Assembly: GCF_006345805.1 (NCBI RefSeq)
Contig: NC_043003.1
Span: forward strand, 103,230,001-103,294,000
Direction: 5' to 3'
DNA from: Octopus sinensis
Lineage: Eukaryota
DNA length: 64,000 nt
Below the pieces are notes generated by a model. The model was not told the DNA's origin. It made no database searches and worked only from the letters and a program-made list of their open reading frames with translations. How positions within the stretch are numbered: the first letter of the stretch is position 1; each line of letters opens with the position of its first letter. Below are positions 39,197-52,231 of the stretch, piece after piece. The position numbers and the translations under genes are program-made.

Positions 39197-39352
39197 GAGT
39201 ACACCAGGGATCGCCAGCATCCCCTACCGGAGGCTCGTAGAGCTTTAGGTGTTTTCGCTCAATAAACACTCACAACGCCCGGTCTTGGGAATCGAAACCG
39301 CAATCCTACGACCGCAAGCCTGCTGCCCTAACCACTGGGCCATTGCGCCTCC
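39197..39352 (-). mobile_element. SINE family C, 3'-truncated
   Basis: Same tRNA-like head as 9896/59819/62851. Confidence 0.8.
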
Positions 39353-39414
39353 ACAAATATTCCTTTATACACACATATATGTAATTGTTCTTCCCGAATT
39401 GCACTTCATATTGA

Positions 39415-39495
39415 AGCTCCGATGAAGCTATAAGCTGTTACTCAGGCACTCAGTTGCGAGTGCACTGCATCCTGTAGGAGAAACAGCTGTAAGCT
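39415..39495 (+). ncRNA. Type I hammerhead ribozyme candidate with long helix II (U4C core)
   Basis: AGCT-CCGATGA-AGCTATAAG..GCACTC/GAGTGC..CTGTAGGA-GAAA-C-AGCT-G-TA^-AGCT; same GAAACAGCTGTA as the 32.5 kb motif; base of helix II weak. Confidence 0.55.
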
Positions 39496-39854
39496 GATAA
39501 CATTCATAAGATAATCGTTCATTCCTCGTCATCTCATGTTCTGTACTTGACAAACACTTCACTTTGAAGCATGTATTGAGTTCTACGCCAGGTTAGTAGT
39601 TCTACGCCATGCCCAATAGAAATATTAATGCACACACACACACATACACACACATACACACACACACATACACACACACGCAAACATACTCGCACTTACA
39701 CGCACACTTATAAAGTGAGGGGGAGAGGGAGGGAGGGAGGGAGAGAGAGAAAAGATGGAGTGAGAGAGAATGAGTATTAAAAACAATATGGCTGAGTAAA
39801 AAATGCACTGGTTTGTTCGCCACACAGTTTACTTCAGTAGTGGTGGTGGTGGTG

Positions 39855-39897
<43 letters not shown>

Positions 39898-40527
39898 ACC
39901 AAGAAGAAGAAGAAGAAGATGAAGAAGAAGGTAGTGCTGGAGGCAGTGCTTTTGATATTGCTGTTTGACTGTAGTACTGATTGTTGTTGCTGTTATTGCT
40001 GCTACTGCTACTGCTGCTGCCCTAGTTGTTGTTGTTGCTGTTGCTGCTGTTGTTGTTCCTCTTGTTTTTGTCCCTCAACGATAATGGTGGAAAATCGAGA
40101 GCAACTCCATTCAAGCAAACACTCACAAAAGCTGCTCTGGTCATTGACGTTATGCGAAAAGGTCACCACCAACAGTTGACCGCTTCACTAAAGCATGTTC
40201 TCGCTTTGGTTGACATTTCTTATTCTGTAATGAGGTGTTGCTACTGTTGCATTTTGCTGCTGCTGTTGTTGTTTCTTTTGCGTTTGCTGTTCTTCTACCC
40301 CTTTTTCTTCTTTTTCTTCTTCTTTTTCTTCCGAACCAGCAGAACTATGAACAGAAGTATTCCAACCGGATGTAGCTGCGTGGTAAGAAATTTGCTTTCT
40401 AACTGCATGGTTCCGGGCCCAGTCCTACTGCGAGGCATGTTGGGCTTTTACTATGAGTTTCCATCGATGACAGCATTGTGAGCGCCTTTGGCTGACAGAA
40501 ACTCAAAAACTCAAAGAACTTCGTTAT

Positions 40528-40528
40528 C

Positions 40529-40627
<99 letters not shown>
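40528..40627. repeat. (GATA)n microsatellite at the 3' end of the L1/Tx1 copy
   Basis: Direct reading. Confidence 0.95.
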
Positions 40628-41277
40628 TTATTGACCACGCAGAAGGAACAAAATACAAAGTAGAGCTTTTCTTTTTGGGAAGAAGAGAAGGGAAAAAATG
40701 GGTCGAATTCTAATCAAATGGTGAAAAGGGAAAACATACTAGGTTTGTTTGTGAATAGAAAAACCTGCGGAAAAGACCACGGGAACCTTGGGCAACAGTG
40801 TCATGCTAGAAGATTATGCTCAAGGATTATGCTCAAGCTGGCTCCGTCATTCACACGTATCATCCTTGCTACATTCACCCATCTTTTTTTGAAGCATTCA
40901 CTAGACAAAACTTCCCTCTCTACTCTCACCTTCCTCTTCAAGTGATACTTGAATAAGTTTATGAGAGATTGACCAGAGAGGAAAATGTTTGTCTCTAGAC
41001 CTTTCAGACGCGTCCACCATACACATTCTTTCTCCATAGCCACAAGTACGATGAAAATAGCTCTTCCTTCCCGTTTCAAGGAAGGAGGCGCGACAATATT
41101 CACGATAGACTCGATTGATAAACCGACTCGTCCCACACGCCATAGCAGTCGTTCGATATAGGCCCACAGGTCGGAAATTGTTGGACACTGTACGAGTGCG
41201 TGCAGGACGGTTTCATCGCTCTGACTGCATCTCAGACAGGTCGGCCCCGTGTTTCTCGAGCCATGCCTGTAGAGTGA
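40628..41277 (-). pseudogene. L1/Tx1-like LINE, 5'-truncated: ORF2 C-terminus + 3' UTR
   Basis: Open frame TCLRCSQSDETVLHALVQC (cysteine-rich C-terminal motif) to stop at 40801; AATAAA just before the microsatellite tail. Confidence 0.72.
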
Positions 41278-41295
41278 AATACTACAGAAAGTAAA

Positions 41296-42570
41296 GTTAG
41301 GGTATGATCAGGGAAGAGGTAAGGGGAAACTAAACCATTTGCTATTCATGGACGACCTGAAGCTATTCACAAAAACTGAGATAGAATTTGACAGCCTAGC
41401 CCAGTCTATGCAGATTTACTCCAATTATATTAAGATGGAGTTTGAACTCTCAAAATGTGCTACGATGGTAGTGAGACGAGGAAAGCTTGCCGGGACACTA
41501 GGCATGTGGCTGCCAAGTGGTGAGATGATGGAGGCAATCCAACCTCTGTCCAGCTATAAGGACCTGGGAATACTCGAGGCAGATGGAATCAAACACCACG
41601 ACATGAAGTAAAAGACAAAAAGAGAGTAACTGCGGAGTGAGAAGAATATTGGCTTCAAGGCTGAATGCCAGAAACATAATTTCGGCAATAAACTCGCGCG
41701 CAGTCGCAGTAGTTCGGTATGACTCTACAATCCTGAAGTAGACAGAGGAGGAACTAAAGGAGATGGACAGAAGGTCAAGAAAGCTCCTAACGATGCGCGG
41801 AGCCCATCATCCACGTGCAGACACTGATACACGAAGAGAGCAAATGGAGGAAGCTGACTGAGAAGTATGGAAGACTGCGTGCGTATCGAACTCGAGTTCT
41901 TAATTATATACTTAGCCCAAAGTAAGTAAACCTTGCTAGTGACAGTTAGGAACGAGGGAGTAGAAAAAAAAAAGAAAACAAAGGAAGAAGTACAAAAAGG
42001 ACATGAAGAAGAATTACGCAGCAAGGAACTACACAATCAATTCCATGCAGCCACAAGAGAAGTTACTGGAAAAAATAGGTGGGATTGGCTGATGAAAGAA
42101 ACACTAAAAATTGAGGCCGAGAGCACTATTCGAGCAGCGCAAGAACCTTAGGAATGAGCAAGTATCTCCGCTGTGCCGCATCTGCAACAGTGCTGATGAA
42201 ACCATTGCCCATATCACGAACAAATGCCCAAAACCACTACAGGGTGTGACGACGCAATCAGGTAGCGAAAGTGCTGCATTGGAAACTGTGTGCGAAAAGT
42301 AGGGGCTAGAGAGAGGCAAGACGTGGTATAAGCGCAAACCGCAGAGAGTGGCGGAGTCGGAGACCAGCAAAATTCTCTGGGATTTCTCAATACAAACACA
42401 TCAGGTGCTAGAACATAACAGATTGGACCTAGTGGTGGTGGCCAAGGTGCACCACATATGCTATGTAGTCGATATTGCATGCGCCTTTGACCCACGAATA
42501 GTCAAAAATGAAGGCGAAAAGATAGATAAAAAAAGCAGCCTTATTTGGGCACAGCGCACATCTTAAGAAA
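41296..42570 (+). pseudogene. R4/Dong-like LINE relic (RT + zinc knuckle + RLE), heavily decayed
   Basis: NHLLFMDDLKL, YKDLGILE, CRICNSADETIAHI, KILWDFSIQT..HNRLDLVVV. Confidence 0.85.
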
Positions 42571-42647
42571 AGTATTATCCGTCTGAGGTTCTTGTGACTT
42601 GACAGATGACTAGACTCCGGTGTATTTTTACCTACAGTGTTACGAAG

Positions 42648-42649
42648 GG

Positions 42650-42703
<54 letters not shown>

Positions 42704-42729
42704 GTAGAGTAGTAGTAGTAGTAGTAGTA

Positions 42730-42768
<39 letters not shown>

Positions 42769-42875
42769 GTGGTAGTAGTAGTTAGTAGTAGTAAGTAGTA
42801 GTAGTAGTAGAGTAATAATAATAAAATAATAATATAATATAATAATAGTAGTAGTAGTAGTAGTGTAGTAGTAGT

Positions 42876-42910
<35 letters not shown>

Positions 42911-42923
42911 TTCAGTATTAGTA

Positions 42924-42962
<39 letters not shown>
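42648..42962. repeat. (TAA)n/(TAG)n compound microsatellite
   Basis: Direct reading; abuts the 5' junction of the next LINE. Confidence 0.95.
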
Positions 42963-42965
<3 letters not shown>

Positions 42966-44731
42966 GATGGTTTAAAGCTTTTTGCAAAAAATGATCAACA
43001 ACTCAAGGGCTTACTAGCGATAGTCAAACAATTCAGTGACGACATCAGAATGCAATTCGGCCTCGATAAATGTGCAAAGGCTACCTTTATCAAAGGAAAA
43101 ATGACAGAAACATCTAACGTTAACCTTGACCAACAGAATGTCATAAAAGAACTAGACCCAGCGGAGAGCTACAAGTACCTAGGGATAATTGAAGGGAACG
43201 GAATAAGGCATTCAGAGATGAAGGAAAGGATCAGGAGAGAATGCTATCGAAGAGTGAGAGCAATACTCAAGACAGAGCTGAATGCAAGAAACAGGATCGA
43301 AACAATCAATGCATAGCTATAACCAGTCGTGACTTACAGTTTCAATATTGTTAACTGGTCAATTACTGAAATATGTCAGCTCGACAGAAAAATAAGGAAA
43401 CTGTTGACAATGCATAGAATGCACCACCCTAAGGCAGATACAGAACGACTCTATCTGCCAAGAAAAGAGGGAGGCCGTGGTCTTTTGCAACTGGCAATAA
43501 CAATGAAGATTGCTACAATTGGCCTAGACACCTACCTGAAAAACTCTGAGGACTGGATGCTAAAACTTGTCTCAAAACATGAAAACAAGAAAGCATCATA
43601 CTCAGTCACAAAACAGGCAAAGGAATATCTAAGTGAATTCCGAATACAACCAATTTCGGAATTAGAGATAGATATACAAGAAACAAGCACAGAAAAAGCT
43701 AGGCGCATGAAAACCCGTGCCAAAACTGCGGCCTTAGATATTCTGAATAATAAATGGAAAAAAAAACCTCTCTATGGCAAATACCCAAAGAGAGCGAATA
43801 ATGCAGATATCGACAAAGCCCTGACCCATCAATGGCTAATGGCCTCTGGCTTAAAATCTGAAACAGAGGGGTTTATCATAGCAGCTCAAGATCAATGCCT
43901 ACCAACAATAAACTACCAGGCCAACATATTAAAGATCAGAAGCAGTCCAACGTGTCGTGTATGCAAGCAACAAAATGAAACCATTGACCATGTGGTCTCC
44001 AAGTGCAGTCTTCTAGCGCCTACAGAGTATCTCAACAGGCACGATAGAGCTGCACAATATATTCACTGGGTAATCTGTAAAAACCTGGATTTGCCCCATG
44101 AAAAAAACTGGTGGGAACACAAACCACCCCCAGTGCTTGAAAATGACCACATCTCACTCCTCTGGAACTTCACCATTCAAACTGACAGGAAGATAGATGC
44201 AAATAGGCCAGACATCATATTGAAAAACTTCAAACAAAGAACATGCCTCCTCATTGATATGACTGTCCCAATCGATATAAACGTATCTGTCAAGACCTAC
44301 CAAAAACTGAGCAAATATAAAGATCTTGAAATAGAAATCAGCAAAATGTGGAAGCTGAAGACTAAAACAATACCTGTGTCATAGGTGCCCTGGGAATGAT
44401 AGCAAAAGGGGCTGATAGCTACCTAACTCAGATACCAGGAAACCCAAAAATGGCAGAAGTTCAAAAGATAGTGCTCATGGGAACTGCTCATATCCTACGC
44501 AAAAATCTCTATGTAATCTCAAGGTTTAAAACAAACATAATTTTCGGTTAAAAAAAAAAAAAAAAAAAAAACCTTTTTTTTTTAGACATTCATTAGTACA
44601 ACATCCCCACACCCCCCAAATATAGGGCACACTAGGCATAACAACAACATGAACTTCCAACCCTGTTGTCTCTTGAGGTCTCTGGGTGAGACTTGGAGCC
44701 AACTTGTACAAATATAAAGCAAAAGTCAAAC

Positions 44732-44734
<3 letters not shown>
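42963..44734 (+). mobile_element. R4/Dong-like LINE, 5'-truncated, least decayed copy (coding to 44516)
   Basis: MDGLKL..FGLDKCA..YKYLG..CRVCKQQNETIDHVVSKC..NRPDII..IDMT..KLSKY..IGALG..GTAHILRK; stops near 43314 and a frameshift near 44380; (TAA)n on both sides. Confidence 0.92.
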
Positions 44735-44771
<37 letters not shown>

Positions 44772-46324
44772 CCTTTGTCTTCATATCACACTTGGAACTT
44801 CTTTCTTGTTCTCATTATTCACAGTGAGTTTCTCATCGACCTCAAGGCATTTGAAGTTCTCGTTTACTTTCCTCCTATATCATGTGGTTGTTGGTTCCAA
44901 AGAGTTCTTTCCCTTCAGTGTTTTCAAAAGGCACATGCAATTCATATCAATATAAAATTTAAACTCCGACGGCACCAGCTGCCAGAATCGTCAGCACGCA
45001 GGGGGAAGGGTTCATTACATTGACCCCTGTACTTGATTGGCACTTTATTTTATAGAGCTCTGAAGTATGAAATGAAATGTTGATCACTGCGGGATTTGAA
45101 CTCAGAAAGTGAAGAGTCATTAAGAAATAAAGCAGTCGTGATCAAACTTCGGTTTGCAGGACTTTCTGAACAGCATGCCAACGAAAAACTACTTCCTGAT
45201 GATGAACCGTGTCTCATGTGGCCCAATTCACGGAAAAAGTTGCCTCACGCCTTAAATGAAGCGAAGCGTCTCAGACAGCGCTCTAACAATGCTGCCAATC
45301 CAACACCTTAAATTTCCATAAAATAATTCTCTCTAATTTTGGCATAAGACCATCAGCTTTTTTTTGTTTTTTAAGAAATGGGGATAGTCAATTAAATCGA
45401 CCCCTGTAATTGTCTGATACTTTATTTCATAAAGCTCAGAAGGATGAAAGGAAAAGTTTACCTTGGTGCTATTTGAATTCGGATCATAAGAAGCATGAAG
45501 AAATGCCACTGAACAACTCGTCCAACACTCAAATGATTCTACCAAACCTTAAACTAATAGGAACCGTGATAATGTCGATAGAAGACAGAACACCAGTCCT
45601 GCTAACAACATTATATTAATGCTGTTATATATGATATTTATCAAATGATATTTAAATTTTTCCCAGGTGTAACTTAAAAGACATGTCTGCTAAAGAAATG
45701 TATTTCAAGATTGACGAATGGTTTCTCCTGGTAGACTACGAAAGGATAAAATCGAAGTCCATCGTTCCATCCTAATCTGGTAGGGTATCACATATGTAAT
45801 AACACTCATATCAAAATGGCAAACGACAGAGGCTATCCATGCAATTACTAGGTAAAAGTTCCCTCAAGTCATATCTAAAAGCGAAAAGCAATGAACAAGG
45901 GAAATAACTTCAATGCTATTTTTTTTTGATGTTTTACTAAGAGAGGAAGAAAGTCAAAATTTTAAAGGAACGTCTTGTCGCTTGAATTAACTCGACAATA
46001 TCACTTGGTGTTCGATGGGGGAAAGGCAAAGTTGACATTGGTGACGATCGAACTCGAATCGTGAAGACCAAATATCGCAAAACATTTTGCCCGATGCTGA
46101 TTGAAAGAGAAGGGAAAGAACTCTCGAGAACACAAAAACACATGCACACACTGAGAAACTTATACAGACTCACACACACTCACACACACCACCACAAAAT
46201 CACAAATAGACACACCCATGCATATACATTTGTAAACAAAAATACACTATTTTATATATATATATATATACACTGTGCGTGTGTGTGTGTGTACGCGTTT
46301 GTGTTTGCGCGCGCGCGCGTTCTT

Positions 46325-46369
<45 letters not shown>

Positions 46370-46394
46370 TGTGTGTGTGTGTGCTTCCCCCCAC

Positions 46395-46560
46395 CATCGC
46401 TTGACAACCGATGTTGGTGTGTTAGCAGTTCGGCAAAAGAAACCGATAGAATAAGTACTAGGCCTACGAAGAATAAGTTCTGGGGTCAATTTGTTCGACT
46501 AACGGTGGTGCTCCAGCATGGCCGCAGTCAAATGACTGAAACAAGGAAGAGAGTAAAAGA
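46395..46560 (+). mobile_element. SINE family B right half
   Basis: CTTGACAACCGATG...CCAGCATGGCCGCAGTC...AAAAGA. Confidence 0.75.
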
Positions 46561-47086
46561 AATACATCATGTATATATGTATATATACGTATGTATGTGT
46601 GTATATATATATGTATATATATGTATATATATGTATGTATACATACATACATACATACATACATACATACATACATAAATACATACATACATACATACGT
46701 ACGTACATACATGCATACACATGCACACACACACACACACACTCAAAGATAAAAAGGGAGGTAGATGGAAGGAAACAGCGAGTGAGAGAGAAAGTGTGTG
46801 TGTGTGTGTGCTGCGTGTGTGTCAGTTGTATGAAACTAGTTTTGTGTGGCGAAGGGAAGAGCTTATGAGAACTACCCAGAAACATCTCGTTAATAACTCT
46901 AGCAACTAAAACTATGTCATGATGCAACAGATACCCGTTACAGTAGCAGACTTCCAGAGAGAGAGACGCGTTACCCTAGCAGACTACCAGATAGCAATAC
47001 CGTTCCTGTATCAGACAGCGCTATCTGTCAGCGTCAGTTACCCCAGCATATCCTCTCTTCTGAGTATATCGGTTTTAACGTTAGAA

Positions 47087-47314
47087 GGCGGCGAGCTGGC
47101 AGAACCGTTAGCACGCCGGGCGAAATGCTAAGCCGTATTCGTCTGCCGCTACGTTCTGAGTTCAAATTCCGCCGAGGTCGACTTTGCCTTTCATCCTTTC
47201 GGGGAGATTAAATAAGTACCAGTTACACACTGGGGTCGATGTAATCGACTTAATCCCTTGTCTGTCCTTGTTTGTCCTATCTGTGTTTAGCCCCTTGTGG
47301 GTAATAAAGAAATA
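47087..47314 (+). mobile_element. SINE family A with 16-bp TSD
   Basis: TSD GGTTTTAACGTTAGAA (47071-47086) / GGTTTTAACATTAGAA (47315-47330). Confidence 0.92.
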
Positions 47315-48849
47315 GGTTTTAACATTAGAACTTTAGCAATACATATGCAAGGGAGGGGCATTGCTTATTGAATTAGCATCAGTACATGAGGGGTACTAAT
47401 TACCTCTGTCTGGAGAAGATTTAATTGTCATAACTCTTGACACAGCGCAATGCTGTGGACAAGACTAGACTCAAACCTCCGATTTTAGCGGCCGGAAGGA
47501 ACTGTTTTGGGTTTAAAATCGTCGAACACTTGCTCAGAAGTTTGCAACTGATGTACCAGTGTGACCGTCGAGCACATACATCAGGTCGTCCAGATCTAGA
47601 TAAAGTATTTGTTAGGTCAGTGGACAAGGTTAGTGTAGGATGTCTACTGTTCAATTTGAGCCGATTTTATATAAGACCCTTAGATAGAGATCTCCTTACT
47701 GAAAGTTGAGCTCATTCTTCCCACCGCAGAAAAAAGAATACAGGAGCTGGTTTACTGAATTATTTAAAATTATTGTTGACGGGAACAATCACCAACAATT
47801 TGTGGTGGGACTCCGGCCTGAAGAGAACGGTTCGATCAGAATTGATAGAAATAACGGTAGAAAAAATAGATTGTAGGGAGAACTAGATGGAAAAATAAAA
47901 GAGGATGAGATTCCTTAGGATATCCTTAGCGCCTGCGACGGCACTGGCTCAAAGGGTTGCGTGAAGAGAAGAAACTTATATACATGGGTTACTGCTAGAC
48001 TTTCTCAAGAAACGCCCTACCCAGGCCTCTGCATGTATGGCTACGGGATCGAACTTGACCAATGAGTCCTATAGCAATCTTTAATCATATCAACTAATTT
48101 AGTAAATATTTCAAATAGTTTTTTTATTATCATTTTTTTCTACCGGCAATTTGGATAAACATCACTTTTAAATTAAGTAACCGATGTATCTTAATTACGT
48201 AATTATATAAATAATTTTTATGGTCAATGAAACAGTTATTGTGTACAATTCCGTTATGAACTATATGTGAAATTTATGCTTTTCTTCTTTTTTCTTCTTC
48301 TACACTTATTACTCTTAACGATAAAATCTGATTCTGAATATTCTTCGAAGTTTGTCCCACTGGAATTTATTGCATTGTAATAATCTATAGGAATTTAAGA
48401 AAATGTCATTAATCGAGTTCTTAATAATTGTAGATATATTTTTTGTGTTTATACATCAGTTAGATATATTTGCTCCCCTGTTGAGCGCTATCAATATAAA
48501 CCACTTCAAGATGTAAACAGCAATTAAAATAATTTCTTTTAAAAAAGGAGCATATGATTAATAAATTAAAGGAAGACTCAAAGCAATCGCGACTTAACAC
48601 TTTCTAAGAAACTACTTTTTCTTAAAGCACGCCATAGTTTATCAATATTTCATGATTGGATGTCTTCGCCAAACTGCAAAATGAAATTAATTGAATGATT
48701 AACTAGTAAGATGTTCAATATCCTTACTGTATACATTATTTTCCCCACATCAACAAACTTCGTTTGTTTTCTTTCTGCAGAATACACCATTAATGCTAGA
48801 TTGTCGACAAGTTAAAAGGGAAAAGACTTACCATTACAACAAACAATGA

Positions 48850-49200
48850 AAACATCACTGTTCTTTGTTTGCGATGATTAAAGAGAAATGAACGTGTTTA
48901 ATTTGATAGAGAAATATAACTGCTCCAAAACGAGACAAAGTAGAAAGACATTTGATACTGTTCATAGAGCATTCACATGGTTTGCTCTAAATTCGGGAAA
49001 ATGAGAAAAGAAAAGAATTAATTTCAAGTTTGGAAAAGAAGCAATCGTTTTTCAAACTGTCAACTCTTAAATCTTTAGCTACCGCCGTTGTGTCAGTTCG
49101 AGCATCGCAAGTAATTGTGATACAGAAAAATAACCTTTGAATATGGTGAAATGATGAAAGAAGCTTTTCTCAAAGCAAATGATTTGCTGCTTGTAAACCT
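48850..49200 (+). pseudogene. hAT (Charlie/SPIN-type) transposase N-terminal relic
   Basis: ATAVVSVRASQVIV..FEYGEMMKEAFLKANDLL resembles the KPFxxGExxKEAF motif. Confidence 0.55.
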
Positions 49201-49399
49201 TAAATATAACAGATATAAATAATAGATATAATAGATATAATAATCTTTTCTACCATAAGCAAAAGGCTTGAAATTTCGGGGAAGAGGCTGATCGATTATA
49301 TCAGTATCTAACTGATACTTCTTTTATCGATCTCGAAAGCAAGCTCAACCTCGGCAGCATTTGACTCCTGGACCTGAAGTCGGGCAAAATTCCACTAAC

Positions 49400-49952
49400 C
49401 AGGTGCCACCGAAAATAATGAGTACAAAATCTTGTGGGATTTTACAAAAAAAAAACAGAAGGCGTCACCGAGAATAATCAGTTTAAGATCTTGTATGATT
49501 TTACAAAAGCATAAACCAGAAGACGTCACCGAGAACAGTGTTTATAAGATCTTGTGAGATTTTTACAAAAACCGGAGGGCGTCACAGACAATAATGCATA
49601 TAAGATCTTGTTGGGTTTTACAATCGAGTGTGATTCAACCATTGATACTCGGAGACATTGTAGTAGATAAAAAGAGGATAAGGAAACGGAGATCATGGAC
49701 ATTGCTGTACCTGAGGATGTACGAGTGTGTGACGAAGATCTGAAAAAGACTGAGAAGTACAAGCCACAAAAAGATGAAATTGCACGAATATGGGCAATGA
49801 AGAAAGTAACTATCATCCTAGTTGCTGTGGGGGCACAAGAAGCAATGACAACTTGGTTTGAGAAACTTAGTGGAGAAATTGGGATTACACGAGGCTTTAC
49901 TGGGGCTTTACTGGGGACAGCGAGTATTCTGAGATTGGTACTTGGGTGTTAA
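49400..49952 (+). pseudogene. R4/Dong-like LINE 3' fragment (RLE domain) with a 4x internal repeat
   Basis: MDIAVP..KTEKY..VGA..LLGTASILR; ~56-61 bp unit repeated at 49405, 49464, 49525, 49581. Confidence 0.8.
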
Positions 49953-49959
49953 GTATCGT

Positions 49960-50069
49960 AGAAGAAGAAGAAGAAGAAGAAGAAGAAGAAGAAGAAAGAA
50001 GAAGAAGAAGAAGAAGAAGAAGAAGAAGAAGAAGAAGAAGAAGAAGAAGAAGAAGAAGAAGAAGAAGAA
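49960..50069. repeat. (GAA)n microsatellite
   Basis: Direct reading. Confidence 0.95.
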
Positions 50070-50084
50070 AATTTAGCTGTATCT

Positions 50085-52230
50085 CTAATGTCATCCAGAA
50101 CCCAGAGCAACACTGGCTGGCCGAAGGAACAACATACCTTCAAACAAAAACTGAAGACACAAAACATCTAAAGAACTACCGATCAATAACATCTCTCAAC
50201 TCCACCTACAAGATCTTCACATCCATATTTCATAAAAGTCTATCCTTCCATAAGCTCAAAAAAGCTGTAAACGGAATTCTTATTGGTGCAAAGATCAATT
50301 ACTCATTAGTAAAATGATTGTAGAGAATTGCCAGAGCAAAACGAAAAACATGAGTATGATATGGATAGAGTACAGGAAAGCATTTGATAGTGTCCCACAT
50401 AATTGGGTACTCAAGGCCCTTGAGATATATGAGATCTCTCCTGTCATCTCCAAATTCTCACAAGGTAGCATGACCAAGTGGAACACACGTCTCCTTCTAA
50501 ACCATAGTAATGGGATGAGCCAAACTAACAACATCAACATCAAACGAGACATCTTTCAAGGTGACTCCCTCGCCCCATCACTCCCCACTCTCAAACGAAC
50601 TAAATAACGCCCGGTATACGTTCAAACTTTATAATACGGCAATAAAGCATCTGTTTTATATGGACTATCAGAAGATGTTTGCTGGAAACAACGAAGAGCT
50701 AATAGCTGTTTCCAGTTGTTAAAGAGTTCAGCAATGACATCGGAATGGATTGTTGCCTTGATAAGTGTGCTAAAACAACTTTTTTAAGAGGCAAGCTCAG
50801 ATAAACAGCTTCCATTAAATTAGATACCGACTCTACCATCAAGGAGCTCGACCCACAAGAAAATTACAAACACCTATGGATAAATGGAGGGGATGGTATA
50901 CAACATGCTACTATGAAGGTAAAAATAAGAATGGAGTATTACAGGAGAATAAGACTCATCCTAAAATGAACTCAGCTTAAAAAATCACATCGAAGCCATT
51001 AACACCCTGACACTTCCTGTAGTTTTAACATCATTAAATGGAATCTTGCAGAGCTCCAATACCTTGACAGGAAAACAAGAAAGTTGCTAACATCTAAGAA
51101 CATGTACCACCCAAGAGCAGGCGTTGATCGTCGGTACCTACCAAGAAGTAATGGGGGAAGAGAAATGATGCAGGTAGAACTGTGCCTTAAGACCTCTACA
51201 ATGGCAATGAACAGAGGACTGGACGTTGCAGCTTGTGTGCAAACGCGAAAGCAGCAAAAAGTCACATTCTGTTGTGAAGGAAGCTTGCAAATTCGCAAAG
51301 GAATTTGGCATTAACCCTGAAATAATTGAAGAACTTGAAACCACTACCACAAAGCAAGCAAAACGGGCAGAAACAAAATGAGGAGCGGTGGAGCCAAAAG
51401 CCTCTGCATGGACAGTATATATTTCAAAGTTGAAATGTTGATGTAGACCAAACAACAACCCATCAGTGGCTGAGAAGTTCAGGACTGAAAGCAGATTCAT
51501 ATTGGCAGTACAAGATCAAAGCTTGCTCACAAAAAACTACCAGGCTAACGTTCTTCAAAGCGGTTCTGACCTGTGCTGACACCAAACAAATAGAAAAATT
51601 ACCACGATAGGGTAGGACAGTATTTACATAGGAAAATATATAAACACTACAAAAGCAGCAACCCTGCTTTGTGGTATGAACATCACTGCAAATCAGTTGT
51701 TGAAGGTAAAAATGTCACTGTCCTCTGGGATTTTCCAGTCCACACTGACAGAATGATCCAAGCTTATCTACCATACATAATTATTAAAGAGAGTGAAGAA
51801 AATACTTGTAGACGAATGGATGTGTTTCAACTAATAAAAATATATCTGTCAAGGAATTTGACAAATTAAGTAAATATAAGGACCTGGAAATTGAAAAACA
51901 AAAGATAAGCATCTTAAAGCGAGAACTGTTGCAGTTACTGTAGGTACCCTAGGTATGATATAAAAAAAGGGCTGTCAGAAGCATCTAGATAAGATCCCAG
52001 GAGAACCGTGTCTCAGAGAAATCCAAAAGATTGTGCTGACAAGTACTGCCCACATCCTTAGAAAAATTCGTGTTATTTACATGAAGATATTTCGCTACTG
52101 TTCCTGCCAGTTCTCCTCCCCAAGCCTTCAGTCAAACTGTAATATCTCTTATCCTTCACTCACCCCAGAACGCTGGGTGTGTCTCGGCAAGTGGTTGTAA
52201 CAAATATGCAGATTATGAATAAAAATAAAT
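50085..52230 (+). pseudogene. R4/Dong-like LINE relic (RT through RLE and 3' UTR)
   Basis: KNYRSIT, EYRKAFDSVPH, IFQGDSLAP, MYHPRAGVDRRYLPRSNGGR, VLWDFPVHTDR, TAHILRK. Confidence 0.85.
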
Positions 52231-52231
52231 A

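Noticed and set aside
45190-45240. CTGATGA...CCGTG/CACGG...GAAA
   Set aside because: Helix II out of register with the core and no helix I/III
47340-48060. Unique-looking GC-moderate stretch with 77-90 aa ORFs as a host exon
   Set aside because: No recognisable motif or convincing splice pair; cannot be supported without a database search
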